Notes: generated by a model from the letters alone, not told the origin. Positions 1-9,831 are shown, counted from the stretch's first letter. The stretch: DNA of 39,457 nucleotides from Actinomycetota bacterium (GCA_046725875.1 JBKOZJ010000177.1:1-39457); one strand, 5' to 3'. Translations and numbers: made by a program.

Positions 1-331
1 GGCCGAGCCCGGTAGGCCTTACCGTCCTCGACCACGGCACCCAACGCGGTGCCGGTCGGTCGATGCTGGCGCCTCCAGTAGGACGCCACGGGAGCGCGGC
101 TCCATCCACTGCCACCCACATCTGATCCTTTCGCTGTCCACGATCGATCAGTGCGGCAGCAGATAGACAATTTGGCCCACAGCCACCGCCTGGAATCAAC
201 CGCGTGATCGCCAAGACGCGGATGATCGATCGTGGCGTCGGCCGGTTGAGCATCCGCGCCTGAACCGTCGTCCTGGAGTCCCCCGACCTGATCCAGACCA
301 TCGCGCGGCGACTGTCCACAACGCGGCCAGA

Positions 332-353
332 TGTCCGATCCACTATCTACACT
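332..353 (+). promoter_or_regulatory. PafBC-dependent (RecA-NDp-type) DNA-damage promoter of pcrA/uvrD1
   Basis: TGTCCG-N10-TACACT is one mismatch from the TGTCGG-N10-TA-N3-T consensus and ends 10 nt before ATG 364. Confidence 0.6.
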
Positions 354-363
354 CGACGGCGAG

Positions 364-2910
364 ATGAGCTTGTTTTTCGACGATCTTCCGATGCCCGGCG
401 CCCGCGCTGCTCTGCGCCCCGATCCGGCCGACGAGGAGGCGCAGCCGGAGGGCGTTGCCGTGTTGCACGACGCGGCCGGCCGGGCCGCGAGTCGGCTACC
501 GAAGATCACCGAGGACGACGCGAAGCCGGCCGGCGAGACCGGGCCGACCGAGGCGGCCGCCGCCGGATCCGCGGACGGCAAGGCCACCGGGTCGCGGCGG
601 ATCGACCCGGAGCGGCTGTTCCAAGGCCTAAACCCGCAGCAGCGGGCCGCGGTCGTCCACGAGGGTTCCCCGCTCCTGATCGTCGCTGGTGCCGGCTCGG
701 GGAAGACCCGGGTGCTGACCCACCGGATCGCCTACCTGCTCGCCGCGCGTGATGTACACCCGGCACAGATCCTGGCGATCACCTTCACCAACAAGGCGGC
801 CGGAGAGATGAAGGAACGGGTCGCCAAGCTGATCGGACCGCGGGCAAAGGCAATGTGGGTGTCGACCTTCCACTCCGCCTGCGTTCGTATTCTCCGGAAG
901 GAGGCCAAGCGACTCGGCTTCACTGGCGGGTTCTCGATCTACGACCAGGCCGACTCCCAACGGCTGATGACCCTGGTTGTGCGCGAGCTCGATCTGGACC
1001 CGAAGCGCTTCCCACCCCGGTCGTTCGCCGCGCAGGTGTCTAACCTCAAGAACGAGCTGATCGACGAGGAGACCGCGACCGACCGGGCGAAGACGGTCCA
1101 GGAGAAGACGCTGGCCGAGGCGTACACCCTTTACCAGCGCCGGCTACGCGAGTCGAACGCCATGGACTTCGACGACCTGATCATGACGTCGGTCAACCTG
1201 CTGCAAGCCTTCCCGGACGTCGCCGAGCATTACCGCCGCCGATTCCGCCACGTTCTCGTCGACGAGTATCAGGACACGAATCACGCGCAATACGTCCTGA
1301 TCCGTGAGCTGGTCGGCACGGAGGCGAAAAGGACCGTCGACGGCGACCTGGTGCGGAGCGATGGCAACGAAAGGCCCGGGGACGCCCGGCCGGCACTTCC
1401 ACCCGCGGAGCTGTGCGTCGTCGGCGACGCCGACCAGTCGATCTATGCGTTCCGCGGCGCGACGATCAGGAACATCCTCGAGTTCGAGCGCGACTACCCG
1501 AGCGCCAGGACGATTCTGCTCGAGCAGAACTACCGCTCCACGCAGATCATCCTCAACGCCGCGAACTCGGTGATCTCCCGCAACTCCGAACGCAAGCCGA
1601 AGAGCCTGTGGTCGCAGGCGGGTCCGGGCGTGAAGATCATCGGGTACGAGGCGGACAACGAGCACGACGAGGCCGCCTTCGTTGCGAATGAGGTCGACCG
1701 GCTGACCGATGCCGGCGAGGCGTCGCCCGGACAGATCGCGGTGTTCTACCGGACGAACGCTCAGTCCCGGGTGTTCGAGGAGGTTTTCATCCGGGTCGGC
1801 CTGCCCTACCGGGTGGTCGGCGGCGTTCGATTCTACGAGCGCAGGGAGATTCGGGACGCGCTCGCATACCTCCGTGTCCTGGCCAATCCCGAAGACACCG
1901 TGTCGCTGCGCCGGATTCTCAACGTCCCCCGCCGCGGCATCGGCGACCGGGCTGAGGCGTGCGTCGTGGCGTGGGCAGAGAAGGAGCGGCTCACGTTCGC
2001 CAAGGCGCTTGCCCGGGCGAACGAGGTGTACGGGTTGGCGACCCGATCGCTGCACGCCATCGAAGGTTTCGTATCGCTGATGGAGGGGCTCCGCGTCCTT
2101 GTTGACAGCGGTGCCGGTCCGTCCGCCGTACTCGACGCGGTCCTTGACCAAACGGGCTATCTCGCCGAGCTCGCCGACTCCACCGACCCACAGGACGAGA
2201 CGCGCGTAGAGAACCTCCACGAGCTGGCCGCGGTCGCCCGGGAGTTCGAGGAGTCCAACCTGGGCGGCGGGTTGGTCGAGTTCTTGGAGCAGGTGTCCCT
2301 GGTGGCGGACGCGGATCAGGTCCCGGAGAGCGCGGTCTCCGACTCCGCTGCCGCGGGGAGCAGCCATCGCGGCGGCGTCGTCACGCTCATGACGCTGCAC
2401 ACAGCCAAGGGCCTGGAGTTTCCGGTTGTCTTCGTGACCGGCATGGAGGACGGCGTCTTCCCGCACATGCGATCGATGGCCGACAAGAAGGAGCTCGAGG
2501 AGGAGCGCCGGCTCGCCTACGTGGGGATCACCCGAGCGCGCGAACGTTTGTACGTCAGCCGGGCGGCGCTGCGCAGCGCCTGGGGAGCAGCATCGGCGAA
2601 CCCGAAGTCGCGGTTCCTCGACGAGATTCCGGACGATCTGGTCGAGTGGAAACGGCTCATCACTTCTGCCCGGAACGCGTTCACGGCTCCGTCGCTCGCC
2701 GCGGCCGCCGCCCGTCCGGGAGCCCGGTCGCCGGGCAATCGAGCGATCATCTCGCTGGAGCCGGGCGACCGGGTCAGCCACGACTCGTTCGGTCTCGGTA
2801 CCGTCGTCGCAACCAGGGGAGTGGGCGACAACGTGCAGGCGCAGATCGACTTCGGCTCCGCCGGGACGAAGTGGCTGGTCTTGCGCTACGCGCCGGTGGA
2901 GAAGCTCTGA
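364..2910 (+). CDS. pcrA: ATP-dependent DNA helicase PcrA/UvrD1 (848 aa)
   Basis: SF1A motifs AGAGSGKT, TFTNKAA, VDEYQD, VGDADQSIY, LEQNYRS, TLHTAKGLEF, EERRLAYVGITRA; C-terminal Tudor-like GDRVSHDSFGLG. Start moved from 331 to ATG 364 because the promoter motif lies inside 331-363. Confidence 0.95.
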   Translation: MSLFFDDLPMPGARAALRPDPADEEAQPEGVAVLHDAAGRAASRLPKITEDDAKPAGETGPTEAAAAGSADGKATGSRRIDPERLFQGLNPQQRAAVVHEGSPLLIVAGAGSGKTRVLTHRIAYLLAARDVHPAQILAITFTNKAAGEMKERVAKLIGPRAKAMWVSTFHSACVRILRKEAKRLGFTGGFSIYDQADSQRLMTLVVRELDLDPKRFPPRSFAAQVSNLKNELIDEETATDRAKTVQEKTLAEAYTLYQRRLRESNAMDFDDLIMTSVNLLQAFPDVAEHYRRRFRHVLVDEYQDTNHAQYVLIRELVGTEAKRTVDGDLVRSDGNERPGDARPALPPAELCVVGDADQSIYAFRGATIRNILEFERDYPSARTILLEQNYRSTQIILNAANSVISRNSERKPKSLWSQAGPGVKIIGYEADNEHDEAAFVANEVDRLTDAGEASPGQIAVFYRTNAQSRVFEEVFIRVGLPYRVVGGVRFYERREIRDALAYLRVLANPEDTVSLRRILNVPRRGIGDRAEACVVAWAEKERLTFAKALARANEVYGLATRSLHAIEGFVSLMEGLRVLVDSGAGPSAVLDAVLDQTGYLAELADSTDPQDETRVENLHELAAVAREFEESNLGGGLVEFLEQVSLVADADQVPESAVSDSAAAGSSHRGGVVTLMTLHTAKGLEFPVVFVTGMEDGVFPHMRSMADKKELEEERRLAYVGITRARERLYVSRAALRSAWGAASANPKSRFLDEIPDDLVEWKRLITSARNAFTAPSLAAAAARPGARSPGNRAIISLEPGDRVSHDSFGLGTVVATRGVGDNVQAQIDFGSAGTKWLVLRYAPVEKL

Positions 2911-4088
2911 CCTACTCCGCGCTCAGTCATCTGTCCTGCCCGACGTGCGGGAATGAACGCGCACCGGACGAGGTCGTCGGTCTCTGTACATGCGGCTCGC
3001 CACTACTCGCCGAGTACGACTTGGAGCTCGTACGGGCTTCGATCGTTCCAGAAGTGGTCGGGACGCGCTCGCCGACGCTCTGGCGGTACCACGAGCTGCT
3101 GCCGGTTGGCGCCCCTGAGCACGTCGTGTCGCTGGGGGAGCGGATGACGCCGCTGCTGCGACTCTCCCGGCTCGGCGCCTCCTACGGCGTGCCCGCGTTG
3201 CTGATGAAGGACGACGGGCAGCTTCCGACCGGGACGTTCAAGGCCCGGGGTGCGGCCGTCGCGCTGTCCCGCGCAAGCGAGCTCGGCGTGGCGGGAGTGG
3301 CGATGGCGAGCAACGGCAACGCGGGCGCGGCGTGGACCGCCTACGCCACCCGGGCGGGCCTGCCGAGCTTCGTCGCGATGCCTCGCGATGCACCCGCGAT
3401 CACCAAGGTCGAGTGCGCCGCGGCCGGCGCTGAGGTCGCGCTCGTCGACGGCCACATCGGTCATTGCGCGGAGCTGATCCGTGAGTACGTGGGCCAGCAT
3501 GCCGGCTACCAAGACGTATCGACCCTGAAAGAGCCGTATCGCATCGAGGGCAAGAAGTCGATGGGCTTCGAGCTGGTCGAGCAGCTCGGCTGGCGGGTGC
3601 CGGACGTCATCGTCTACCCCACCGGCGGCGGTGTCGGCCTGATCGGCATCTACCGCGCCGTGTGCCAGCTCCAGGCCCTCGCATGGATTGGCGCGCGGCT
3701 GCCGCGACTGGTCGCCGTGCAGTCCGCCGGCTGCGCGCCCGTGGTCCGCGCGTTCGACGAGCGGGCGACGACCTGCCGGCCATGGCACGACCCGCACACC
3801 GTCGCCTTCGGGATCACCGTCCCCAAGCCGCTCGGTGACTTCCTCGTCCTCGATGCGCTCTACGCCACCCGCGGCACCGCCGTCGCCGTCGACGACGCCG
3901 AGATCCTCGCCGAGCAGGCTCGGTGTGCCCGGTCTGAAGGGCTGCTCGTGTGCCCAGAGGGGGCGGCAACGCTGGCTGCGGTACGGCGACTGCGGAACTC
4001 GGGCTGGCTCGAACCGTCCGACGAGGTCGTCGTACTCAACACCGGCCTCGGCCTGAAGTACCCGGATACGCTTGGAATGCCGACGTAG
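2907..4088 (+). CDS. thrC: Threonine synthase-like PLP enzyme, fold type II (393 aa)
   Basis: N-terminal CxxC...CxC zinc ribbon, LWRYHELLP, PTGTFKARG (PLP lysine), ASNGNAG, PTGGGVG, CPEGA, LNTG. Start uncertain: CTG 2907 overlapping the pcrA stop, or GTG 2871. Confidence 0.85.
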   Translation: MTYSALSHLSCPTCGNERAPDEVVGLCTCGSPLLAEYDLELVRASIVPEVVGTRSPTLWRYHELLPVGAPEHVVSLGERMTPLLRLSRLGASYGVPALLMKDDGQLPTGTFKARGAAVALSRASELGVAGVAMASNGNAGAAWTAYATRAGLPSFVAMPRDAPAITKVECAAAGAEVALVDGHIGHCAELIREYVGQHAGYQDVSTLKEPYRIEGKKSMGFELVEQLGWRVPDVIVYPTGGGVGLIGIYRAVCQLQALAWIGARLPRLVAVQSAGCAPVVRAFDERATTCRPWHDPHTVAFGITVPKPLGDFLVLDALYATRGTAVAVDDAEILAEQARCARSEGLLVCPEGAATLAAVRRLRNSGWLEPSDEVVVLNTGLGLKYPDTLGMPT

Positions 4089-4407
4089 CGGCGGCACACG
4101 GGCGGCTACCCGCTCCCGGCAGGAACGGGGAATGTGCGCGCCGTTGACTCGGGTCCGTGGCTTACTGAATTAGCCGCATCCGCGAGGTCGCCACAAGTCG
4201 TGGAAGCCGTGGTGAGGTCCACAGCTTGGCGATATGCTTCAGCGCAATTCCGTGATTGATCGGTCACTAACTGTGCTGTAATGGATCAATAGCATGGAGT
4301 GAAATTACCGAAGCATAAGAGAACCCTGCCCACTCGGCACGCGTACCCAAATTGCCTTGTAGTCGTGCCGTGCAGGCGGAGTTTCTATACCGGAATCCTT
4401 GGCTGAA

Positions 4408-5274
4408 TCAGGGTCGCAGGCCGTGGTTAACCAGCCACGCATAGGGATCGACCGGAGCCCCGCCACCCGGGTGCACCTCCAAGTGAAGGTGCGGGCCGGT
4501 GGCGTTGCCGGTGCCGCCGACGCGACCGATGATTTCGCCGGCCGCGACCGTACCGCTGGTGCGCACGAAACCCGAGAGGTGGCAGTACCACGTCTCGGTG
4601 CCGTCCAGATGGCGCACACTCAGCCGATTGCCGTAGGCGCCGTCCCAGCCGGACTCGACTATCGTGCCCGGCGCCACCGCACCAACTGCCGTTCCCAAGG
4701 GTGCGGCGAAGTCGAGCCCCGTGTGCCCGTTCGCCCAGTGGCTGCCGCCGGCGCCGAACCCTGCCGTAAGGCGATAGCCGGAGACAGGGAGCGAGTAGGC
4801 AGTCGCGAGTGCCGCACGGCGAGCGGCCGCGGCCTTCCGGTGCGCCGCTGGGGCCTTCTTCCTCGTCTCGGCCGCGGCCGCGGCCTTCTTCCTCGTCTCG
4901 GCCGTGGCCTTCTTCTTTGCCGCCAAGGCCATGCGCGCCGCCTGCCGGCCGGCTCGCTCGGCCGCGGCACGGGCGGCCAGGCGCCCCTCCAGCATCTCCT
5001 CCTCGACCGAGCGGTTGCTGCTCGTCCCGGCGGCCCTGCCGACCGCGGTCGTAGTGGTTGGTGAGTCATCACGAGACGAGGCGTTCGCCGCGCCGATTGC
5101 CGCGATTGTTATTGCGACGGATCCGGCTACTAAGAGCCGATTGTTGTTTCGGCCGGCCCGGCGAAAGGTCCGCCACCGTGGGCGCTTATGAGCCGGCACC
5201 GCTCCCATTACCGACGTGTCACTGCTACTGGTCGAGTTGGGGGTCTGCCAACCCCCAACATGTCGGCGAGCCAT
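4408..5274 (-). CDS. M23 family peptidoglycan endopeptidase (secreted/anchored, Ala/Lys-rich linker)
   Basis: HTGLDFA, YGN, YCHLS, GNATGPHLHLEV motifs; hydrophobic segment LLVAGSVAITIAAIGAA; start ATG 5274 tentative. Confidence 0.9.
   Translation of the reverse strand: MARRHVGGWQTPNSTSSSDTSVMGAVPAHKRPRWRTFRRAGRNNNRLLVAGSVAITIAAIGAANASSRDDSPTTTTAVGRAAGTSSNRSVEEEMLEGRLAARAAAERAGRQAARMALAAKKKATAETRKKAAAAAETRKKAPAAHRKAAAARRAALATAYSLPVSGYRLTAGFGAGGSHWANGHTGLDFAAPLGTAVGAVAPGTIVESGWDGAYGNRLSVRHLDGTETWYCHLSGFVRTSGTVAAGEIIGRVGGTGNATGPHLHLEVHPGGGAPVDPYAWLVNHGLRP
4852..4904. repeat. Intragenic 23-bp direct repeat with 30-bp period (AETRKKA x2) in the M23 linker
   Basis: ggccttcttcctcgtctcggccg at 4852-4874 and 4882-4904. 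Confidence 0.85.
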
Positions 5275-5667
5275 ATTGATGGTCACCGTCCTGTTTCCGG
5301 GGACAAAACCCGGCCACGATAGGCAACGCATTTGGCTGCCGCAAACCCGGAACGTAAATTGCGTCCGACAGAATGCGGCAATCAAATTGTGAGCTGATCA
5401 ATGCGGTCTGTGCACAAATGATCTCTGGACTGCGTTGTAATCGAGCTAACTCCGCATGGCGCCGACGTCCGATCCCGGCGCGATCGCCACTGCAGTCGGT
5501 CCGCCATCTCCGCTGGTCATGGCGGCTCGGGCGAGCGGGGAGCCGGTCCTCTAATCTGAACAGGCCGAGGTGTGGACCGACGCCATTCGCCGCCGCGACC
5601 GGGTCGCGCTGGCCTCCGGCCGCGGCGACGACCAGGTCGGCGGCGGAGGTCGAGCACACGACCGCAA

Positions 5668-5683
5668 TGTGAGATGGATCACC
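5668..5683. promoter_or_regulatory. CRP/GlxR-like binding site
   Basis: TGTGA-gatgga-TCACC, one mismatch from TGTGA-N6-TCACA, immediately upstream of the AAGGAGG RBS of the B12-binding gene. Confidence 0.5.
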
Positions 5684-5697
5684 CTCAAGGAGGTCCG

Positions 5698-6156
5698 ATG
5701 ACCACCGCTGGAATCCCGGCGCCGGAGGAGGCGGAGACCGTTCCAGCCACCTCCGGTAGTGGCGGCAAGATCCGGATCGTGGTGGCCAAGCCGGGGCTTG
5801 ACGGTCACGACCGCGGCGCCAAGATCGTCGCGAGGGCACTGCGGGACGCGGGTATGGAGGTTATCTACACCGGGCTGCACCAGACGCCGGAGCAGATCGT
5901 CCAGACGGCGCTGCAGGAGGACGCGGATGGCATCGGGCTGTCGGTCCTGTCCGGCGCCCACATGACGCTCTTTCGGCGCGTTGTCGAGCTGCTGCGCGAG
6001 CGGGACGCCGGCGACGTGGTGGTCTTCGGCGGCGGAATCATCCCGGACGACGACATCCCCCAGCTCGAGCAGATCGGCGTCGCGAAGGTGTTCACGCCGG
6101 GCGCCTCGACCCAGTCGATTGTGGACTGGGTGCGAGCCAATGTGCACCCCGCCTGA
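5698..6156 (+). CDS. icmB: Cobalamin-binding small subunit of an acyl-CoA mutase (IcmB / methylmalonyl-CoA mutase C-terminal domain), 152 aa
   Basis: [10 protein letters not shown] base-off/His-on motif, [28 protein letters not shown] before ATG 5698; pcrA-M23-icmB order as in Streptomyces. Confidence 0.85.
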   Translation: MTTAGIPAPEEAETVPATSGSGGKIRIVVAKPGLDGHDRGAKIVARALRDAGMEVIYTGLHQTPEQIVQTALQEDADGIGLSVLSGAHMTLFRRVVELLRERDAGDVVVFGGGIIPDDDIPQLEQIGVAKVFTPGASTQSIVDWVRANVHPA

Positions 6157-6263
6157 TCGCCTTCCAGTCCGGACCGACTGCCGGGCCTGCTGCGTAGGAT
6201 TGCCGGCGCCTGCGATTCCGACAGAGATTTCTGACGGAATCCTGACATCCCTGGACACAAACC

Positions 6264-6797
6264 GTGCCCGATCCGGTACATTCCGTACCCGTGACCGACA
6301 GCCTTTCCACCGTGCTGCGTGATCCAGCCCGGTTGGCTGCGCTGTGGCGGGTCACGCCGGTCGAGCCGGCCATCGGTGGAGTCTTCGATCGTGCCGCGCA
6401 ACGGGCGGCGGCGGCGGTGGATGCTCCAATCGGCCTGGTCGTCCTGGTCGAGGAGGAGCGCCAGCTGCTCGCCGGCGGCTTCGGCTTGCCCGAGTCACTA
6501 GCGGAGTTCACCGAGCTCCCGGCGAGCTGGGGCTTCTGCCCGTTCGCGTTGGCCCTCACCGGGCCGCTCGTGTTGGATGACGTCTCGCAGCGCCCTGAGT
6601 TCGCCCGCAGCCCGCTGGTCAGGGAGCTCGGGGCGATCGCATATGCGGGTGTGCCGTTCCCCGGCAGTCATCGCCAGCCGGTCGGCGCGCTCTGCGTCGT
6701 TGATCAGGCCATGCGGCGGTGGAAGGCGGACGACCCGGCCGTGCTCGCAGATGTCGCAGATGTTGCCGCCGCGGACCTGGCCGCCCTGACCGAATGA
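6264..6797 (+). CDS. Stand-alone GAF domain protein
   Basis: DPARLAAL...FDR, FC, PLVLDD, AYAGVP, GALCVVD...RRW pattern typical of GAF domains; start could be GTG 6264 or 6291. Confidence 0.85.
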   Translation: MPDPVHSVPVTDSLSTVLRDPARLAALWRVTPVEPAIGGVFDRAAQRAAAAVDAPIGLVVLVEEERQLLAGGFGLPESLAEFTELPASWGFCPFALALTGPLVLDDVSQRPEFARSPLVRELGAIAYAGVPFPGSHRQPVGALCVVDQAMRRWKADDPAVLADVADVAAADLAALTE

Positions 6798-6937
6798 CGC
6801 TCATCGGCAGAGGGGGCTAGCGACAGCGGCATGCTGTCTGGAGACTAGGTGAGACCGGCGCCGTGCGCGACGGCGGGCCGGGGCTGGCTGGGCGCCTGCT
6901 TGGAGGGGCCGTGGTCAGCCAATGACGGGAGCTGCGG

Positions 6938-9424
6938 TTGTTCGACGTCGTGTCGTTCTCGCTGAGCGACATGGTGGAGTGCGCGTCGGGTCTACGACGC
7001 GCAGCGAGCGGCTGCCCTTCACTCGAGACGGCCGGGCAGCGGATCATCACTTATTTACGATCCAACTTCCTTGATCCACAGACTCACCGGCCGTCATTCG
7101 CCCTCGCCCGGCTTTTCGTCAGCTACTCATGGGCCGAGCTGAGCCCGGACATGCAGGACATCGCGCGCAAGCAGCTGCCGGATGAGGTCGACCCGGTGCC
7201 GGGCATGCGCTGCCTCGTTTTGACCGGCAGCGACGGTCAGCTCGCCCAGTGGCAGGGTCCGTCCCGCTCGGTGGCCCACCGAGTGATCCCGCTGCCGGAC
7301 GTGGAGGGCGCGGCGCGGGCGCCGATGATCGCCGCCTTGGTGCGTCAGCTTGGCCTCCCCGACGACGTCGTCTTTGGCAGATCCACTGGCGACGGCGAAT
7401 CGGCGGAGGATTTCGGCGTATTCCACGTCATGGAGGCGCGTGGCAGCGCCGACGTTGCCGACCAAGAGTTCATAATCAAGCACCGCATTAGGTCGGTGCT
7501 CGGCTTCGGCGGTGCTTTCCCCGGTGGGCGGGTCTTCGCCACCGTGTTCTTCTCCCGGACCGCTATCCCGCTGCAGACCGCCGAGCTTTTCCGGACCGTC
7601 GCCCTGTCGGCGCGGCTCGCGTTGTTGCAGCACCTTCGTGGCGAACCGGAAGCGGTCGCGGACGAGGCGGCCGTCCTGCGCCAGTTGCTCGAGCTTCACG
7701 AGACCACTGTCAGGGAACAAGCGCTGCGGCTGGACGCGACTCTCGTGCAGCGCCGCCGGCAGGACGCCCGGCTCATCGAGGAAGCGGCCACCGTGGAGAC
7801 CCTCCGCGAGATCGGGACGAGACTCGCCGCGGAGATGGAGCTCGACCAGGTGATGCAGATCGCCGTCGATGCGGCGACCCGGGTGACCGGAGCGCGTTAC
7901 GGTGCCTTCTTCTGCACGATCGACGAGCTGTCCGGCGAGCGGGCGATGCGTTACGCGGTGTCCGGCACGTCCCCGGCGAGCTTCGACCATCTGCCAATGC
8001 CGCGAGACACCGGGATCTTCGGCCGGATCTTCCGGGGCGAGGGCGTGCTGCGGGCGGACGACGTAACGCAACATCCCGCCTACGGCGAGAACCCACCCTT
8101 CGAGGGTCTGCCAGCCGACCATCCGCCGGTGCGGAGCTTCCTCGCGGTCCCCGTCGTCTCGCAGGCCGGCGAGATCCTTGGTGGCTTCTTCTTCGGCCAT
8201 CCGGACATCGGCCTCTTCGACGAGCGCGACGAGCGGCTCGCGGTGGGAATCGCCGCCCCGACGGCGATCGCATTGGACAACGCGCGCCTCTACCACCAGC
8301 AACGTGGCTGGGCGGAGGAGCTGCAACGGGCGCTGATGCCACAGCCCGTGGAGATCGAGGGCCTGCAGATCGCTTCGCGCTACCTACCCGGGGCGGGCCA
8401 TGGGCAGGTGGGTGGTGACTGGTTCGACGTAATCCCGCTGCCCTGCGGGCGAACGGCGTTCGTCGTGGGCGATGTTATGGGCAAGGGCATCCCGGCCGCG
8501 GCCACCATGGGCCAGCTGCGGGCCGCGGTGCGCGCGTACGCCGTGATGGATCTACCGCCTGTCGATATCATGCGCAACCTGAACGAGCTAGCTGGGGCAC
8601 TGCCCGGCCAGCAGTTCGTGACCTGCATATATGCCGTGTACGACCCGGTTTCGCGGACCCTCGGATACGCCAACGCGGGCCACCTGCCACCCGCCGTGGT
8701 CACCCCCGAGCGTGACGTGTGGTTGCTGGAGGACCAGCTCGGCCTGCCGCTCGGCCTGGAGGGCGCAGTCTTCAAGGAGCGCGAGATCGTGCTTCCCCGA
8801 GGGGCGGCCTTCCTGCTCTATACCGACGGCCTCGTCGAGACCCGGCAGCGGCCGATCTCCGAGGGGGTCGAGCTGCTGGTCCGCCAGCTCGCCCACGACG
8901 AAGGCGACCTCGAGGCCGCCTGCGACGTCCTGGTCGGGACCATTGCTGCCGGCCAGCGCGACGACGACGTGACGTTGTTGTATGTCAGGGAGGTCGCCGA
9001 CGAGCCCGTCCTGCAAGCGTCGATGCGGCTGCCCGGGCAGCCGTCGGGCGCGGCGGATGCCCGTCGATTCGTCCGGGCGACACTGCTCGCCTGGGGGATG
9101 GCGCAACGGGGCGACTCGCTCGTTCTGGTGGCCGACGAGCTGCTGACCAACGCGATCAAGCACGCTGCGACCGACATCGAGCTCCGCCTCTGCCGCCTAT
9201 CCGGCCGGCTCGTGATCGAGGTACGGGACGAAGACGCCCGGCTGCCCAGACTCGCGACCGCCGCGCGGTACGACGAGCGGCACCGCGGCCTGCTCATCGT
9301 CCAACGGCTCGCCTCCCGCTGGGGGGTACGCCCGGTGGGCAAGGGCAAGGTCGTCTGGGCCGAGATCGACGACCCGCCCGTTGCCGCGGCCGAGCCGGTC
9401 GTGGCCGGCGCCGTTCCCGCCTGA
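6938..9424 (+). CDS. SpoIIE/PP2C-family phosphatase: unassigned N-terminal domain, coiled coil, GAF, SpoIIE, RsbW-like HATPase_c
   Basis: GAF (H.PVRSFLAVPV...FFGH), PP2C motifs VGGDWFD, VGDVMGKG, NAGHLPP, YTDGLVE, DDVTLL; HATPase ELLTNAIKHA, RGLLIV...RWG; TTG start with GGGAG RBS. Confidence 0.9.
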   Translation: MFDVVSFSLSDMVECASGLRRAASGCPSLETAGQRIITYLRSNFLDPQTHRPSFALARLFVSYSWAELSPDMQDIARKQLPDEVDPVPGMRCLVLTGSDGQLAQWQGPSRSVAHRVIPLPDVEGAARAPMIAALVRQLGLPDDVVFGRSTGDGESAEDFGVFHVMEARGSADVADQEFIIKHRIRSVLGFGGAFPGGRVFATVFFSRTAIPLQTAELFRTVALSARLALLQHLRGEPEAVADEAAVLRQLLELHETTVREQALRLDATLVQRRRQDARLIEEAATVETLREIGTRLAAEMELDQVMQIAVDAATRVTGARYGAFFCTIDELSGERAMRYAVSGTSPASFDHLPMPRDTGIFGRIFRGEGVLRADDVTQHPAYGENPPFEGLPADHPPVRSFLAVPVVSQAGEILGGFFFGHPDIGLFDERDERLAVGIAAPTAIALDNARLYHQQRGWAEELQRALMPQPVEIEGLQIASRYLPGAGHGQVGGDWFDVIPLPCGRTAFVVGDVMGKGIPAAATMGQLRAAVRAYAVMDLPPVDIMRNLNELAGALPGQQFVTCIYAVYDPVSRTLGYANAGHLPPAVVTPERDVWLLEDQLGLPLGLEGAVFKEREIVLPRGAAFLLYTDGLVETRQRPISEGVELLVRQLAHDEGDLEAACDVLVGTIAAGQRDDDVTLLYVREVADEPVLQASMRLPGQPSGAADARRFVRATLLAWGMAQRGDSLVLVADELLTNAIKHAATDIELRLCRLSGRLVIEVRDEDARLPRLATAARYDERHRGLLIVQRLASRWGVRPVGKGKVVWAEIDDPPVAAAEPVVAGAVPA

Positions 9425-9549
9425 CCGGACGGAGCGGTCCTGATCCTGCCGTGTACGTACGTAGGTCCGCCGCCGCCCCGCGACTTCCGACGTGCGCGTG
9501 CGTGAGGTCGCGAGAGGCCCCGAGAGACTCGCGGAATAGAGTCGGCGTC

Positions 9550-9831
9550 ATGTGCCGGAGCATCAAGACACTACGTCCGCCATACACGGAAATGCTCACT
9601 GAGAGCGATGTCCGAGCTGCCGCGCTGCAGTATGTTCGCAAGATCTCGGGGTTCCGGGCTCCGGCGCCGCACAACGCGGCCGCTTTCGACAAGGCCGTCG
9701 AGGCGGTGGCCGCGGCGACTGACGAGCTCCTTCGCACCTTGGTCGTCCGCGGAGCGCAGCCGGCCCAGGCGAGCGGCGTTTCGAAATCACAGCTGCAGGT
9801 TGGAAGGTCAACGCGCCAGGCGGCCAGCTAG
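9550..9831 (+). CDS. DUF2277 family small protein (93 aa)
   Basis: MCRSIKTL...VRAAALQYVRKISGF...N.AAF signature; TAGAGT -10 seven nt upstream suggests a leaderless transcript. Confidence 0.85.
   Translation: MCRSIKTLRPPYTEMLTESDVRAAALQYVRKISGFRAPAPHNAAAFDKAVEAVAAATDELLRTLVVRGAQPAQASGVSKSQLQVGRSTRQAAS

Noticed and set aside
1..135. Possible 5' end of a minus-strand gene (AAAGGA RBS, then ATG 121 or GTG 119, open to the window edge)
   Set aside because: Only about 40 codons are visible, two frames are open and no motif is recognisable, so it cannot be supported
1144..2781. Long antisense ORFs (e.g. 1144-2781, 3003-4097, 7127-8326, 22523-23794, 26017-27348, 37175-38311)
   Set aside because: Shadow frames of real genes, expected in high-GC DNA, with no recognisable motifs
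5275..5470. c-di-AMP (ydaO) riboswitch upstream of the M23 peptidase
   Set aside because: Conserved GCTGAATCC / GGGGTGAA / GTCAGCTAAC elements are not present in order on the minus strand
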